DNA of 63,712 bases, filler included, from Trichomonas gallinae (lineage: Eukaryota), in NCBI GenBank assembly GCA_008369845.1. It is 9 parts of 9 records of this genome, joined end to end, with 100 filler letters (N's around TTAATTAATTAA, not from the genome) between each part and the next. Parts side by side here need not be neighbours in the genome. Positions count along the whole stretch, not along the records: positions 1 to 8,838 come from MRSU01001358.1; positions 8,939 to 19,382 come from MRSU01001362.1; 7 more parts are not named here. One strand, given 5' to 3'. Below are positions 1 to 10,354 of the stretch, piece by piece; position 1 is the first letter of the stretch, and every line of letters begins with the position of its first letter. The notes below the pieces were generated by a model. The model searched no databases. It was not told the origin of the DNA and saw only the letters and a list, made by a program, of their open reading frames with translations. Both the position numbers and the translations under genes were made by a program.

Positions 1-916
1 CATAAATCACACATATCAACAATTCTAATTATCACAAAATTAGTTCGAAATTCGCAAAAAATCGAGTTGAATCACTTCTCTTTGTCATGCATATTTTTAT
101 ATTAATTTTCCATTATTTCATTTTTTGACATGGTTTCATTTTAAGCATTTGAGCTTAATGGAATGAGACAAACGACAGTGTGAGTGACAAGCAATACAAT
201 GGAATCTATAAATTCATGAAAAAGAAAAAAATTCAAAATATAATTTTATTCAGATCTTTTTTTATGAATCAGTAAAATGATATGTAAGGTCATACGCCCA
301 ATCCCACTCCAAATGGTGAAAGTTTCACTCTCATTATTTTTTGAGTTGAGATTATTCCTTCGTATGGGGACGAGGTTCATACCTTGATTTGTATATTCAA
401 ACAGTTTTTGGGCGACGATGTTTTCATATGTATGATGAGATTTTAATGAATATTAAACGTTAAATGTCATGAAATTGTAGATAGAATGTTCGAAATGATC
501 TTTATGCGATTTTGTAGTGCAATAGTTGCAATCCTGTTCTAGTTTGAGGTGATTTTCTATTGCGAAATTTATCAAAATTCTGCAATAATACTTTTATCGA
601 CTATTTTCATCGTAAGATAAGCATAGTTTTCGTTTCCTTTGAATAAATAACTTTTGATTAATAAAAGTGGCTATTTTTATTATGTTTAAATGAGGAATTA
701 TGCATCATGTTGGCAGATACCATTGTTAGCGTGCTTATTGCTGGCTGTAAACAATGACCTTGCTATTTTACATTGATCTGTTTGATCAATTTTTCTGACA
801 AATATATATATTATACATGTCAAAAATCATAAAAGTTCTTAATTTGAAAGCATTACATGTCATTTTCAAAAATTTGAATTATTACATGTCATAAAATTTT
901 AAATAACGTATTAGAG

Positions 917-3900
917 ATGCAAAGGGGGGCCTCAACTAAATCTGGCCTTGCGCGCTTGCGACCCCTTACTGCAGGACATGATACTCCAGAAACAAAAGAT
1001 GTTTCAAAAGACAAATTGCCATCAGGATGGTATTATAACGAAAATAAAGAACAAGATATCTGGAAAGACCTCGAAAAAGCAAAAGATATATCTACGAATA
1101 CTACATTGGATGAGGAGAATAAGAGGGCACAGAATAAATCGCAAATGTCTGAAGCCTCATCAAAAATCGTAAATTTAATCGACAAATTCGATGAGCTTGA
1201 TAGGGAAGCAATCTTCCAAATACAGAAAATATCGGACGAGAATATCTCTATTGATGAAATTTCCCTTGAAGATTTACCAAATATGTTCAGCAATCAAAAA
1301 TCATCCGTAATTCAGTTTATGAATGAGTTAAATCAAGTGGGTGAAACGCAAACTCAACTTCTAGAATCTTTGAAAAACGCTTTCTACCAAATTCGCGGAA
1401 ATACATCTTTTTTAACAGATGAATCCAAAAGCCACGAAACTGCACCAGATCCACACGTTTTCTTAGACAGTTTAGAGCAAATTTTCGCAGAAAATATTGA
1501 AAGAGCTGAAAAAGCTTCCGCAATTCACCATGATGTCACTCATTTCTGGATGAAACACGTTACCGATTTCAAAAAGGTCATCACCAGACGAGATCTCGAC
1601 ATTGCGAAGCTAAAAGAAACAAATCAAGAACTTCAAAAAGAAATCTCTGCGAGAAATAGTAGAAAGAAGCAAGAAAAACTCGAAGCAGATGAATTAAAAC
1701 AAAATATGAAGATACTCGAAAACACTGTTAAACAATTAGAGCAAGCTCGCTCACAAATTACGCAATTAAAAGCACAATTACAAGAAAGTGAACAACAGAG
1801 AGCTTCTCAGGCATTACATCGCGTACAATCGATTTCTTCATACGAAAAATCTCAAAATCTCGAACGAGAAGCCGAAGCATTAAACAAACAGCTCGAATTC
1901 GAAGCAAAATGCAAAAATCTCGAAGACAGATTAAATCAACTCGACAAAGACCTCAGAAAGTCACGCCTCGAGACAGAGGAAGAGAAAGGTAACTCGGCTT
2001 TATTACAGAAACAAATTGATGACTTAAATCAGCAACTTTTGCAGTCACAAGCAGATACAAAGAAATATATCAACCTTCTCGAAGTCGAACAGTCAAAACC
2101 AAAGACAGCTGACACAGATTCGTCTAAAAAAGACTCTGCATTGGCTGAATCAGAAAGAGAAAATTATTTAACGCAAATTATGAAGCTGAAAGATGATTTA
2201 AAAGATCAGCTGATTAAGGCAAGACAAGCATTAGATGACCAAGCAGCAATGCTTCGCCAAAAGTACGCAAATGAGCGTACAAAGTTGATTGATCAATTTC
2301 AAGCGAAAGACAAAGCAATAGACAACTCAAACCTACTCAAATCGATTATAGACGAATACGAGAAGAAGCTCGCTGAGCAGAAACAGAAATACGACGAAAA
2401 TATGGAAACGATGATAAGATCTTGGAGCGGAAAGCTTTCTTTAGAGCAGAGACAGTTCCAGAATCGTATTAGAATCATCAACCAAAACCATGAAACGGAA
2501 ATAATCAACACTCAACAATCACTTGATTATGAAATTTCGAAAATGAGAGTTGAAATGGATGACCAATACCAGAAGAAGCTGCTAGAAGAGACAAAGAAGT
2601 ACTCAGATGACATGAAAACCTTAGAATCAGAAAATGCAAAATTACAAACACGCGTGAAAGAGCAAGATTTGGAGCTTGGCAATCTCAGAGCCAGATATGG
2701 ATTGGAATCAACCGATGATGATAAGCAAAAGAACACTTTCACAACAATAATTCCTCGCGCAGACCCAGCAGAGCTTAAAAGACTGATGGAACAGTACAAT
2801 CAGAAGGTGAAAACTCTCAAAGAAGACCTAGAAAGTCAAAGTGAGTGGGCATTGACTAAGCAAAAGAACTTTTACGAAAATAAGATCGACACGATGACAG
2901 TGAAGAATCAAATCGATCTCAGAAGGGTACTGCTTAAAGTCCAGGAGTCCATTGCCAAAATAGTAGCTGAAGGTGAAGACAGTATAACACTTGCACAAGC
3001 TTTGGATAGCATATCTAACACCGTTCAAAAGATGAATGACCAACTTGAAGAGGCCGATGCTGAAAATATAGAATTAGTCAGCTTGAATGATGCAAATGAA
3101 AGAATGCGATTATTGACAGAAAACATCACGAAGCTCAAGAACGAGAGAGACGACTTGTTGCAGAAGATAGGCATGGACTCAACAGGCGCAGAAGAACTTG
3201 AGACACTGAGAAACAGAATCAAATATTACGAAAGCCTCCAAAAAGGTGACCAACTCGCTCAAGCGAAAGCGATGAAGGAACTCGAAGACAATTTGAGGAG
3301 TGAAATACAGGTAAAGGATGCTCTTATCGAGCACTACAAGGCAGAGATGGAACTGAGGGGCTCATTCATGGGCAATAAATATTCGGAAGTAATTGTATCG
3401 ATTAAACCGACAAAGAGAAAATCAGCAATAGTCAAACAAATTCCTCGTCTTAGAATCGAAAATATCGAAGAAACTCCAAAGAAAAAACAAGAAGTTCAAA
3501 AGCCAATTTTACAAATACAAGAGCCAGAGAAATCAACACAACAAGAAGTACAACTTCAAGAACAACAGCAGCAACAAAAAGAAGAGCAACAGACAGTAAC
3601 AAAACTCGAAATTCAAATTCCAGATGAAAAAGTCGAAGAAAAACCTCCGATAGAAATAGTTGAACCTTCTTCAACAAATATCACGGAAAATACCGAAGAA
3701 AATCAACAAGAAAAAGCAGAAGAACAGCAACAAAATGTTGAAGAACATGTTGAAGAAGAAGAGGAAGAGGATGTGTTTGAATTTGAGCCAGCACCAGTTG
3801 ACAGTGAACCAATTACACTCAAATCTCACAGTTTCTCTTTGATGAGATCAACCCCACAATTTATTTTCTCTGGTGCTTCATTGCAGAAGCAGCCGACAGT

Positions 3901-6900
3901 CTTGGAGCCATCACAAACATTCGAGATGTTCAACTTGAATTCAACTGATGATTTGCCGAAAGTCGACAACGTTTTGAGACCAGTAACACTACATCTGGAA
4001 GAATTACAAAATGTTCATCACGAAATGAAGCAGTCAACTTCACTTTCTCTTTCAAAGGACATCGAAGTTTCTCCTACAAGGTCAACACCTTGCTTACCTC
4101 AACTGGTTGGCGGAAAGCTTGTCGTTAAAGCTCATCCGACACTGAAAATGCCATACATCAAATCAGATCAAGAAAAAGGTGATTCAAAGACTTCATCGGC
4201 GACACAATCTCCTAAGACATCATCTAGAACGTTGACTGTTAAAACAGTTGCTAGAGCAAGCGACTTAGTAGATGCTCCAATAGTAAATGGACGTGCGCAG
4301 ATATCTATTTCTCCATCTGTGTCTCTTGAGAGGTCGATTTTCAGGCAGATAGACAGAGTTCCAAGATTTACTCTTCAGCTGATGCAAGTATTCAGTGAGG
4401 CTCCTGATACAACTGATCATTGGAAGAAACCTGAGATTACTTATATAAACAATCCAGTCTTCATACAAAAATCATCGAGATCATCAAGATCCGAGCACCC
4501 TGTAGAAGAGGAAGAATCTTCAAGTGAAGAAACTGTTTTTATCAAATCACAGAGAAGTCGCAGATCTCTAAAGATAGAAGCTAAGCCCCAGCTTTACATT
4601 TCAGACTCATTCCACTTCGGAGTAATGCAGAGACTAGTGTCAATGCAACAACAAGCTGCAGCGAGAATCATAAGATATAACGGTGACAGAGATATTTCGA
4701 CATTCGAAAGTTACTTCATCCCTGGAATTGCAGTTAACTTAAGTATTGTTCCCTCTCATATTCACGATGATGCCTACGACAGATTCATGGAGATCAACAT
4801 GCAATACTCGAAGATAGACCCGGAGCTAATAGCAGAACGCGAGAGACACGCGAAAGAAATTCTCACAAGAGACAATCAAATCATTTCGTATAAGAATGAA
4901 AATGAACAATTAACTTCACAGCTGAAAAAGCTCGAAGCAGCTTATAGAATATCGCTGCAGAACGAGAACAGATTAGCAAAAGAGCGTGAACTATCCCAGT
5001 CCTCTCTATTAGAAAAACAAAGAGCGCAAACAGAGACAAACTTCTCCATACAAAAACAAAAAGATCATAAAGAAGAAAAAACTCCAGAGAAACCTCCAAA
5101 GGAAGAAAAACCGCCACGCGATCCAAATCAGCGCGCAAACGTCACGAAAATCGACGTAGACTTGAGCGAGTCAAATGAGGTTGATGATCCATTCACTAAA
5201 TCAATTCAGTTGATGGCAGCGAACATGAGATTCATCAACGAATACAGGAAGAACGAAGAAGAAATTGGTGAAACATTGAGAAGCGATTGCAGCGCTTATG
5301 AGTCATTCATGATGGCTACTGGCACAGTAAATGATGCACAGACTAGCTTCATTTCCCAGATGAAAGAGAGCTACAAGAATATACAGAAGAACACTGACCA
5401 GCTCGATGAATTTAATCTACTGCAGCATCAACTATTGACAGTTTTGAGACAGTCGAAGAAGAAAGCTCAAACACTGTCGAATGATTCGATGAATGCTGCC
5501 AAAGCAATTCTTCAACAGGAGATAGACAGATCGCAGAGAGAATTGCAGAGCTTGTATCAGAGCGGACAAGAGAAAAGCGATCAATTAACCGTCATAGAGA
5601 AAATCCGCACTGCACTCGAAATGGTCAACACATTGGAAGTCGGGTTAACAGACTCAGACTCGCAGCAGTACCACAAACTCAACAAGCAGATAGACATAAT
5701 AGAGAACCAGATCAAAGCCGACGAAAAAGTACCACAAGAGACAATAGACAACATCAGGATACAAGTACAAAACCTAATTGCTGGTATTAAGCCAGTCTTG
5801 ACAAGAGCCAACAACCCGGTGACAATAGAGAGCTCATCGGAGAGCCCAGAACTCAAGGAGAAGATTTCGAGAATGAACAGAGAATTAAACGAAGCGAAAT
5901 CTCAACTTGAAAGCGAGCAAGCGAAGAATATGACATTGACGCAGAACTACACGAAGCTCAAGAACAGACTTGACGAGGAACGCGAGACGAATTCATCTAC
6001 AATACAAATGTATCAGACACAAATTTCGACACTCAAAGAGCTTTTGCATCACGTTGAAAATACTTCGTCGCCAGCAGATACAGTCACAGCAATTCGCTCA
6101 GAAATCATCACACTGCAGTCGATGGTTGACGCAATGAGAGCTGACAGAGACATACAAAAGTCCAAATGCAACGAACTCGAAGACCAACTCGCTGCAAAAG
6201 AAGAGGCAATGAGAGCTGATACAGAAAGATACGAAAACCTTTTGGCTGAGAAAGAGTCACTCGAAAAACAAGTCCGCAAACAGGATGAACAGGCTCTGTT
6301 CCACGAGAGCGACTTGGAGACAATGAAAGCAGAGAAGCTCGCAAACGAACAGCTCGGAATGAAGAACAGATTGCAGCTCGAAGAAGCAATCGGTAACAAC
6401 GAAAAACTTTTGACGAAGATACAAGACTTGGAGAACACAATTCGCACGCAAAAGAAAGAGATACAAACATCTAAAGACGAAATCGAAGACCTGCAGATCA
6501 AATTAAGCTTCGGACACTTTTACAGGTCTAAAGTTCCTCACACAATGATCGGCACGCAAACGACATTCAAGTTGGTGAGAAGACGAAGAGAAGAACCGAA
6601 AGTTGAAGAACAAAAACCAGTGGAAGAAGTCAAAGAAGAGACACCAGAAGTTAATCCACCGGAAGTTAAACCAGTGGAAGAAGAAATTCCCAAAGAAGAA
6701 CCAAAAGAAGAAAAAATCGAAGTCAAAAAAGAAGAACCAAAAGTTGAAGAGCATTTCGTCACACCAACCCAAACAACTAATAACACACCAGTCAGTGAAG
6801 AGAACAGCGACAGGATAGAACTGGGAGATGAGTCAGATGATTACTCGCTATACAATTCCAAGGAAGAATGGGTAGATATGTCAAACGAAGAAGACAAAGA

Positions 6901-8437
6901 TGAATTCTCTGCAGAAATTCTTCCTTCTCATCAAGAATCCGATCTTGTGAACATCAAAGATTTCGGAAACCAAGCTGTACAGAAGGTCCACGATCCTCTT
7001 TGGCAGAGAAAGTCACGCACGAAGCTTCCGCAAGTCATTGAGCCTAAGAAGAACCAAACCAAGCCAAAGCAACGGCCGACTACTTCAGTTTCGCGCACAA
7101 CTGTTAACTTGGACAACTCCAAGCTGGCAATTGGAGATGCAGGCAAAGACCACCAGAAAGGATCTCCACAGCAGATACATAGATACAGACCGACAATCAA
7201 ACCATTTACCAAATCACCAATGATTAATGGCAAGCCTCCAGTTTTGGAGCCGATTGTTGATAATATTAAGTTTGGCCAACAAACTCCACAAACAATGCCA
7301 ACATCTCCTAAAGGATCATCTCCTCCTCCACTCACTAATTACAGGAGAGTCCCTGTTCCAGTCATTCACACTGTTGTTCAGCAGAAATCTTCACCAGGAA
7401 GTTTCATCGATGATGACTCAGAAGCAGTTAAAATCACGAGGATACAATACGAGCTTCCTAAGACTACGGTCAACAGCCCACGCCTTCCTATTGTTATGCC
7501 TGTACAGAGAGAGGTCTGGTCTGATAAGAAGAAGTCGCAGCAAGAGCCAGAAGAGCATGGAAATCTTTCAGAGATCCAATCAATCATTGCGAGACTCAGA
7601 GAGAAAAACTCGAGACAGCAACAAGAAATCGACGACAAAGACAAGATAATAGACGAGCTCAACATGAGGCTGGCTGATCTACAGAAAGAGTTGCAACGTG
7701 TCAAACTTGATATATTGAGATCAGACGAGACAACAAGGAAGACGACAATCAAATACGACAGTTTGCGGCAGAGATTTGACATAGCTTTGCAAGAACTCGA
7801 CCAAAGAAATGATGAAGCAAGTGCAATGCGCAAAGAAATCGACAGACTTAAGAGAGCGGCTAAACCAGCAACAACAGGCCTGGGAAGGATAAAGAATGCA
7901 CAAGCGGAGATGCAGAGGATCACAAACGAGCAGCGAAGAAAGAAGATGATGCTCGACAAAGCGAAATCAGCTTTGGAGAATTCCACAGATCCAAAGCTAT
8001 CCACACACTTGTCAGGAATACTGCAGAATACGCAGAAATCACTGTCCAGACTGGAGGCGAACAGAAGGATGTGGAAGGAAATCGAAACGAAGCAGTTGAT
8101 GTCTGTTTTAGGAGCTTTGTCTTTAGTCGATGAAAATCCAACAGATATATTGAAGAATTTGAGGTTGCCTGTTGTAAGACCAAGGCTCAGGCCACGCGTG
8201 CACATGCACACGAGCGAGGCATCCATAGATTTATCACACAAGAGCAATGACAAGCCAGTAAATTATCCTTTCACATACGAAAAAACTCTTGAAGTTTTGG
8301 ATGAAGAAGGAATAACAGAAGATGAAAAGAAGGCTGCAATAAGAGGAGTGCTTAGTCCTAATGTAGCCGACAAAATAAAGGCTGCAAATGAAAGAGCGCA
8401 CTTAACAGATGCTGTTGTCACTCCATCAAATTCATAA
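917..8437 (+). CDS. Very large coiled-coil protein (2506 aa), function unknown
   Basis: Uninterrupted 7.5-kb ORF from ATG to TAA. E/K/Q-rich heptad segments lie at the N-terminus, middle and C-terminus, separated by low-complexity E/P/S/T-rich linkers. No catalytic motif recognised. Confidence 0.85.
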   Translation: MQRGASTKSGLARLRPLTAGHDTPETKDVSKDKLPSGWYYNENKEQDIWKDLEKAKDISTNTTLDEENKRAQNKSQMSEASSKIVNLIDKFDELDREAIFQIQKISDENISIDEISLEDLPNMFSNQKSSVIQFMNELNQVGETQTQLLESLKNAFYQIRGNTSFLTDESKSHETAPDPHVFLDSLEQIFAENIERAEKASAIHHDVTHFWMKHVTDFKKVITRRDLDIAKLKETNQELQKEISARNSRKKQEKLEADELKQNMKILENTVKQLEQARSQITQLKAQLQESEQQRASQALHRVQSISSYEKSQNLEREAEALNKQLEFEAKCKNLEDRLNQLDKDLRKSRLETEEEKGNSALLQKQIDDLNQQLLQSQADTKKYINLLEVEQSKPKTADTDSSKKDSALAESERENYLTQIMKLKDDLKDQLIKARQALDDQAAMLRQKYANERTKLIDQFQAKDKAIDNSNLLKSIIDEYEKKLAEQKQKYDENMETMIRSWSGKLSLEQRQFQNRIRIINQNHETEIINTQQSLDYEISKMRVEMDDQYQKKLLEETKKYSDDMKTLESENAKLQTRVKEQDLELGNLRARYGLESTDDDKQKNTFTTIIPRADPAELKRLMEQYNQKVKTLKEDLESQSEWALTKQKNFYENKIDTMTVKNQIDLRRVLLKVQESIAKIVAEGEDSITLAQALDSISNTVQKMNDQLEEADAENIELVSLNDANERMRLLTENITKLKNERDDLLQKIGMDSTGAEELETLRNRIKYYESLQKGDQLAQAKAMKELEDNLRSEIQVKDALIEHYKAEMELRGSFMGNKYSEVIVSIKPTKRKSAIVKQIPRLRIENIEETPKKKQEVQKPILQIQEPEKSTQQEVQLQEQQQQQKEEQQTVTKLEIQIPDEKVEEKPPIEIVEPSSTNITENTEENQQEKAEEQQQNVEEHVEEEEEEDVFEFEPAPVDSEPITLKSHSFSLMRSTPQFIFSGASLQKQPTVLEPSQTFEMFNLNSTDDLPKVDNVLRPVTLHLEELQNVHHEMKQSTSLSLSKDIEVSPTRSTPCLPQLVGGKLVVKAHPTLKMPYIKSDQEKGDSKTSSATQSPKTSSRTLTVKTVARASDLVDAPIVNGRAQISISPSVSLERSIFRQIDRVPRFTLQLMQVFSEAPDTTDHWKKPEITYINNPVFIQKSSRSSRSEHPVEEEESSSEETVFIKSQRSRRSLKIEAKPQLYISDSFHFGVMQRLVSMQQQAAARIIRYNGDRDISTFESYFIPGIAVNLSIVPSHIHDDAYDRFMEINMQYSKIDPELIAERERHAKEILTRDNQIISYKNENEQLTSQLKKLEAAYRISLQNENRLAKERELSQSSLLEKQRAQTETNFSIQKQKDHKEEKTPEKPPKEEKPPRDPNQRANVTKIDVDLSESNEVDDPFTKSIQLMAANMRFINEYRKNEEEIGETLRSDCSAYESFMMATGTVNDAQTSFISQMKESYKNIQKNTDQLDEFNLLQHQLLTVLRQSKKKAQTLSNDSMNAAKAILQQEIDRSQRELQSLYQSGQEKSDQLTVIEKIRTALEMVNTLEVGLTDSDSQQYHKLNKQIDIIENQIKADEKVPQETIDNIRIQVQNLIAGIKPVLTRANNPVTIESSSESPELKEKISRMNRELNEAKSQLESEQAKNMTLTQNYTKLKNRLDEERETNSSTIQMYQTQISTLKELLHHVENTSSPADTVTAIRSEIITLQSMVDAMRADRDIQKSKCNELEDQLAAKEEAMRADTERYENLLAEKESLEKQVRKQDEQALFHESDLETMKAEKLANEQLGMKNRLQLEEAIGNNEKLLTKIQDLENTIRTQKKEIQTSKDEIEDLQIKLSFGHFYRSKVPHTMIGTQTTFKLVRRRREEPKVEEQKPVEEVKEETPEVNPPEVKPVEEEIPKEEPKEEKIEVKKEEPKVEEHFVTPTQTTNNTPVSEENSDRIELGDESDDYSLYNSKEEWVDMSNEEDKDEFSAEILPSHQESDLVNIKDFGNQAVQKVHDPLWQRKSRTKLPQVIEPKKNQTKPKQRPTTSVSRTTVNLDNSKLAIGDAGKDHQKGSPQQIHRYRPTIKPFTKSPMINGKPPVLEPIVDNIKFGQQTPQTMPTSPKGSSPPPLTNYRRVPVPVIHTVVQQKSSPGSFIDDDSEAVKITRIQYELPKTTVNSPRLPIVMPVQREVWSDKKKSQQEPEEHGNLSEIQSIIARLREKNSRQQQEIDDKDKIIDELNMRLADLQKELQRVKLDILRSDETTRKTTIKYDSLRQRFDIALQELDQRNDEASAMRKEIDRLKRAAKPATTGLGRIKNAQAEMQRITNEQRRKKMMLDKAKSALENSTDPKLSTHLSGILQNTQKSLSRLEANRRMWKEIETKQLMSVLGALSLVDENPTDILKNLRLPVVRPRLRPRVHMHTSEASIDLSHKSNDKPVNYPFTYEKTLEVLDEEGITEDEKKAAIRGVLSPNVADKIKAANERAHLTDAVVTPSNS

Positions 8438-8838
8438 TTTATTTTATTGTTTATAGATATATAATATAAAATTTTTGTTTGTTTGATAGAAAATAATCAT
8501 CTTTTTTCAACTCACAAACTATTTGTTGCATAGATATTTTTTTTTAATAATATTTTTTATACAAAATTCATGAATTATTGCAAAAAAGAATAATTCCTCA
8601 AAAATAATAAGATTACCAAGCAAAAATAAGCAAATTACGTTAATTTAAAATTTTCAGAATTTGATAATCCAAAGAATTCAGAAGAAATGTAATATGCTTG
8701 ATAATTGGATACCAGAGTATTATTCAATAAAGGCACTTGTAAATCGATTATTGAACGGATTTGATATAACAAAAATAAAAATCGACGTTTTTCGATTTAA
8801 ATGATAAAGGTATTTATTTTACTGGGACTGGCTGTTTG

Positions 8839-8938
8839 NNNNNNNNNNNNNNNNNNNNNNNNNNNNNNNNNNNNNNNNNNNNTTAATTAATTAANNNNNN
8901 NNNNNNNNNNNNNNNNNNNNNNNNNNNNNNNNNNNNNN
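8839..8938. other. Artificial contig linker (44 N + TTAATTAATTAA + 44 N)
   Basis: Identical 100-bp spacer with stops in all frames. It recurs at 19383-19482, 35294-35393, 39429-39528, 43217-43316, 45893-45992, 48047-48146 and 62327-62426. Confidence 0.98.
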
Positions 8939-9534
8939 AGTATCCCTATGGTCTGTGGTCCATATATACGAAGAATGGATCCAAAATTCAGATTTTCAAA
9001 CCTCCGAGGTACCTTTTTATAAATATAGTCATATCTATAACAGTGTATTGATTTATATATCCCGTTTGTAAAATACTTTAAAAATGATTATAGATCATCA
9101 AAAATCCTAATCATCAAGGTTTTATTAGGAATTTATAACAAGAAGCAAAAAGCCATGTTTTACATGACATATTGACATATCCAGTTATCAATTTGTATAA
9201 TTTACATGTCAAATATATTACTTTATGCTGAATTTTTATGTTTTTTTTTAAAAAAAATGCAATACAAATATTGTTTATGAAAAATTTAATGAAATTAAAA
9301 GCGTACGTTTAAAATTATATGAAATCAATGATTTCTCCCTATCTTTCCCGAAAAACATCAGCCCTAAGTGCACTCACCATGTTACAGTAGTAAGCAGGTT
9401 GCACTATCAGTACCATTGTTGTTAGACAACTCTCAATCGCCAATGATTCCTCCATGTTATCGGCACATAGCGAAAAAAATAAAAGATGTCCGTTAGTTAA
9501 CTAATGCCTAGTACATTGATTCCAATATTGTCCA

Positions 9535-10059
9535 TTTAGCTCAAAATTTTAGTCGCAAAAATTTTTCCGGAGATAATTGAAATTATCTGAATATTCGAGC
9601 ACTATATCATGTATAAATACCGGTTTTAATGATATTTTGGCTCAAAAATGTTAATGAGCTAATTGTCCGATTTGACCTGAAATATAAGATCTCAATATGA
9701 TTTTATATCCAATGGTCATAGTTTTATCGAATGGAATTTTTACGAAACACACTTATTCAATCAATTGAGTAGAAATTGAAGCATTTTTTTTTAGAGTTCA
9801 CTTTTTGATAAGGAGTAATCGTAAAGTCCTCAATCGCCCTTCAAATATTGTAAAGTATAGAACTCTAAAAAAAATATACCATAAAAATTCGCTTTCTTGT
9901 GCAAATCGATTGAATAAACAGCTGAACATGAATTAGGATTCAAATGGTATGTTTGTATGAATGTTTCGTTTATGATACATTTTTTTTACTTGAACATCCT
10001 GAATGGCTGATATGCAGCACTTTTTCAAATTTTGTAAATATTCAAATCAACCCCCTTAA
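9535..10059. repeat. Degenerate palindromic (MITE-like) repeat remnant
   Basis: Perfect 15-bp inverted repeat TTTTTTTTAGAGTTC (9785-9799) / GAACTCTAAAAAAAA (9860-9874), nested in an outer IR TTATTCAATC (9753) / GATTGAATAA (9908-9917). A second weaker IR, TTAGCTCA/TGAGCTAA, spans about 9535-9662. The region ends in CCCCC+TTAA (10051-10059). Confidence 0.45.
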
Positions 10060-10354
10060 TTAATTTAATACATCTATTATTTAAATCTACCTTTTCTCTA
10101 TGTAATGAGTGTTACTACTTCGTTCAAACGTAATATATGCCTATATTTTCGAACTTATCATTGTATCTTTTCTGGATTTACTTCGTTTTTTGTTTTTCAT
10201 ATAGTCATCACCGTTTTCGGCTTTAATATTTCAATAATCTCCGAATTCATTGTTCTTATTTGACAAATCTGATATTAGTAAATTTATATTGTCATTTTAT
10301 ATATAAACATGTGATGGATTTATAAACAAACAAAATATATAAAAATTATAAAAA

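Noticed and set aside
7378..8253. 291-aa antisense ORF and the many other short shadow ORFs
   Set aside because: They lie opposite or inside long biased-codon genes, have no motifs, and reflect the codon usage of the real strand.
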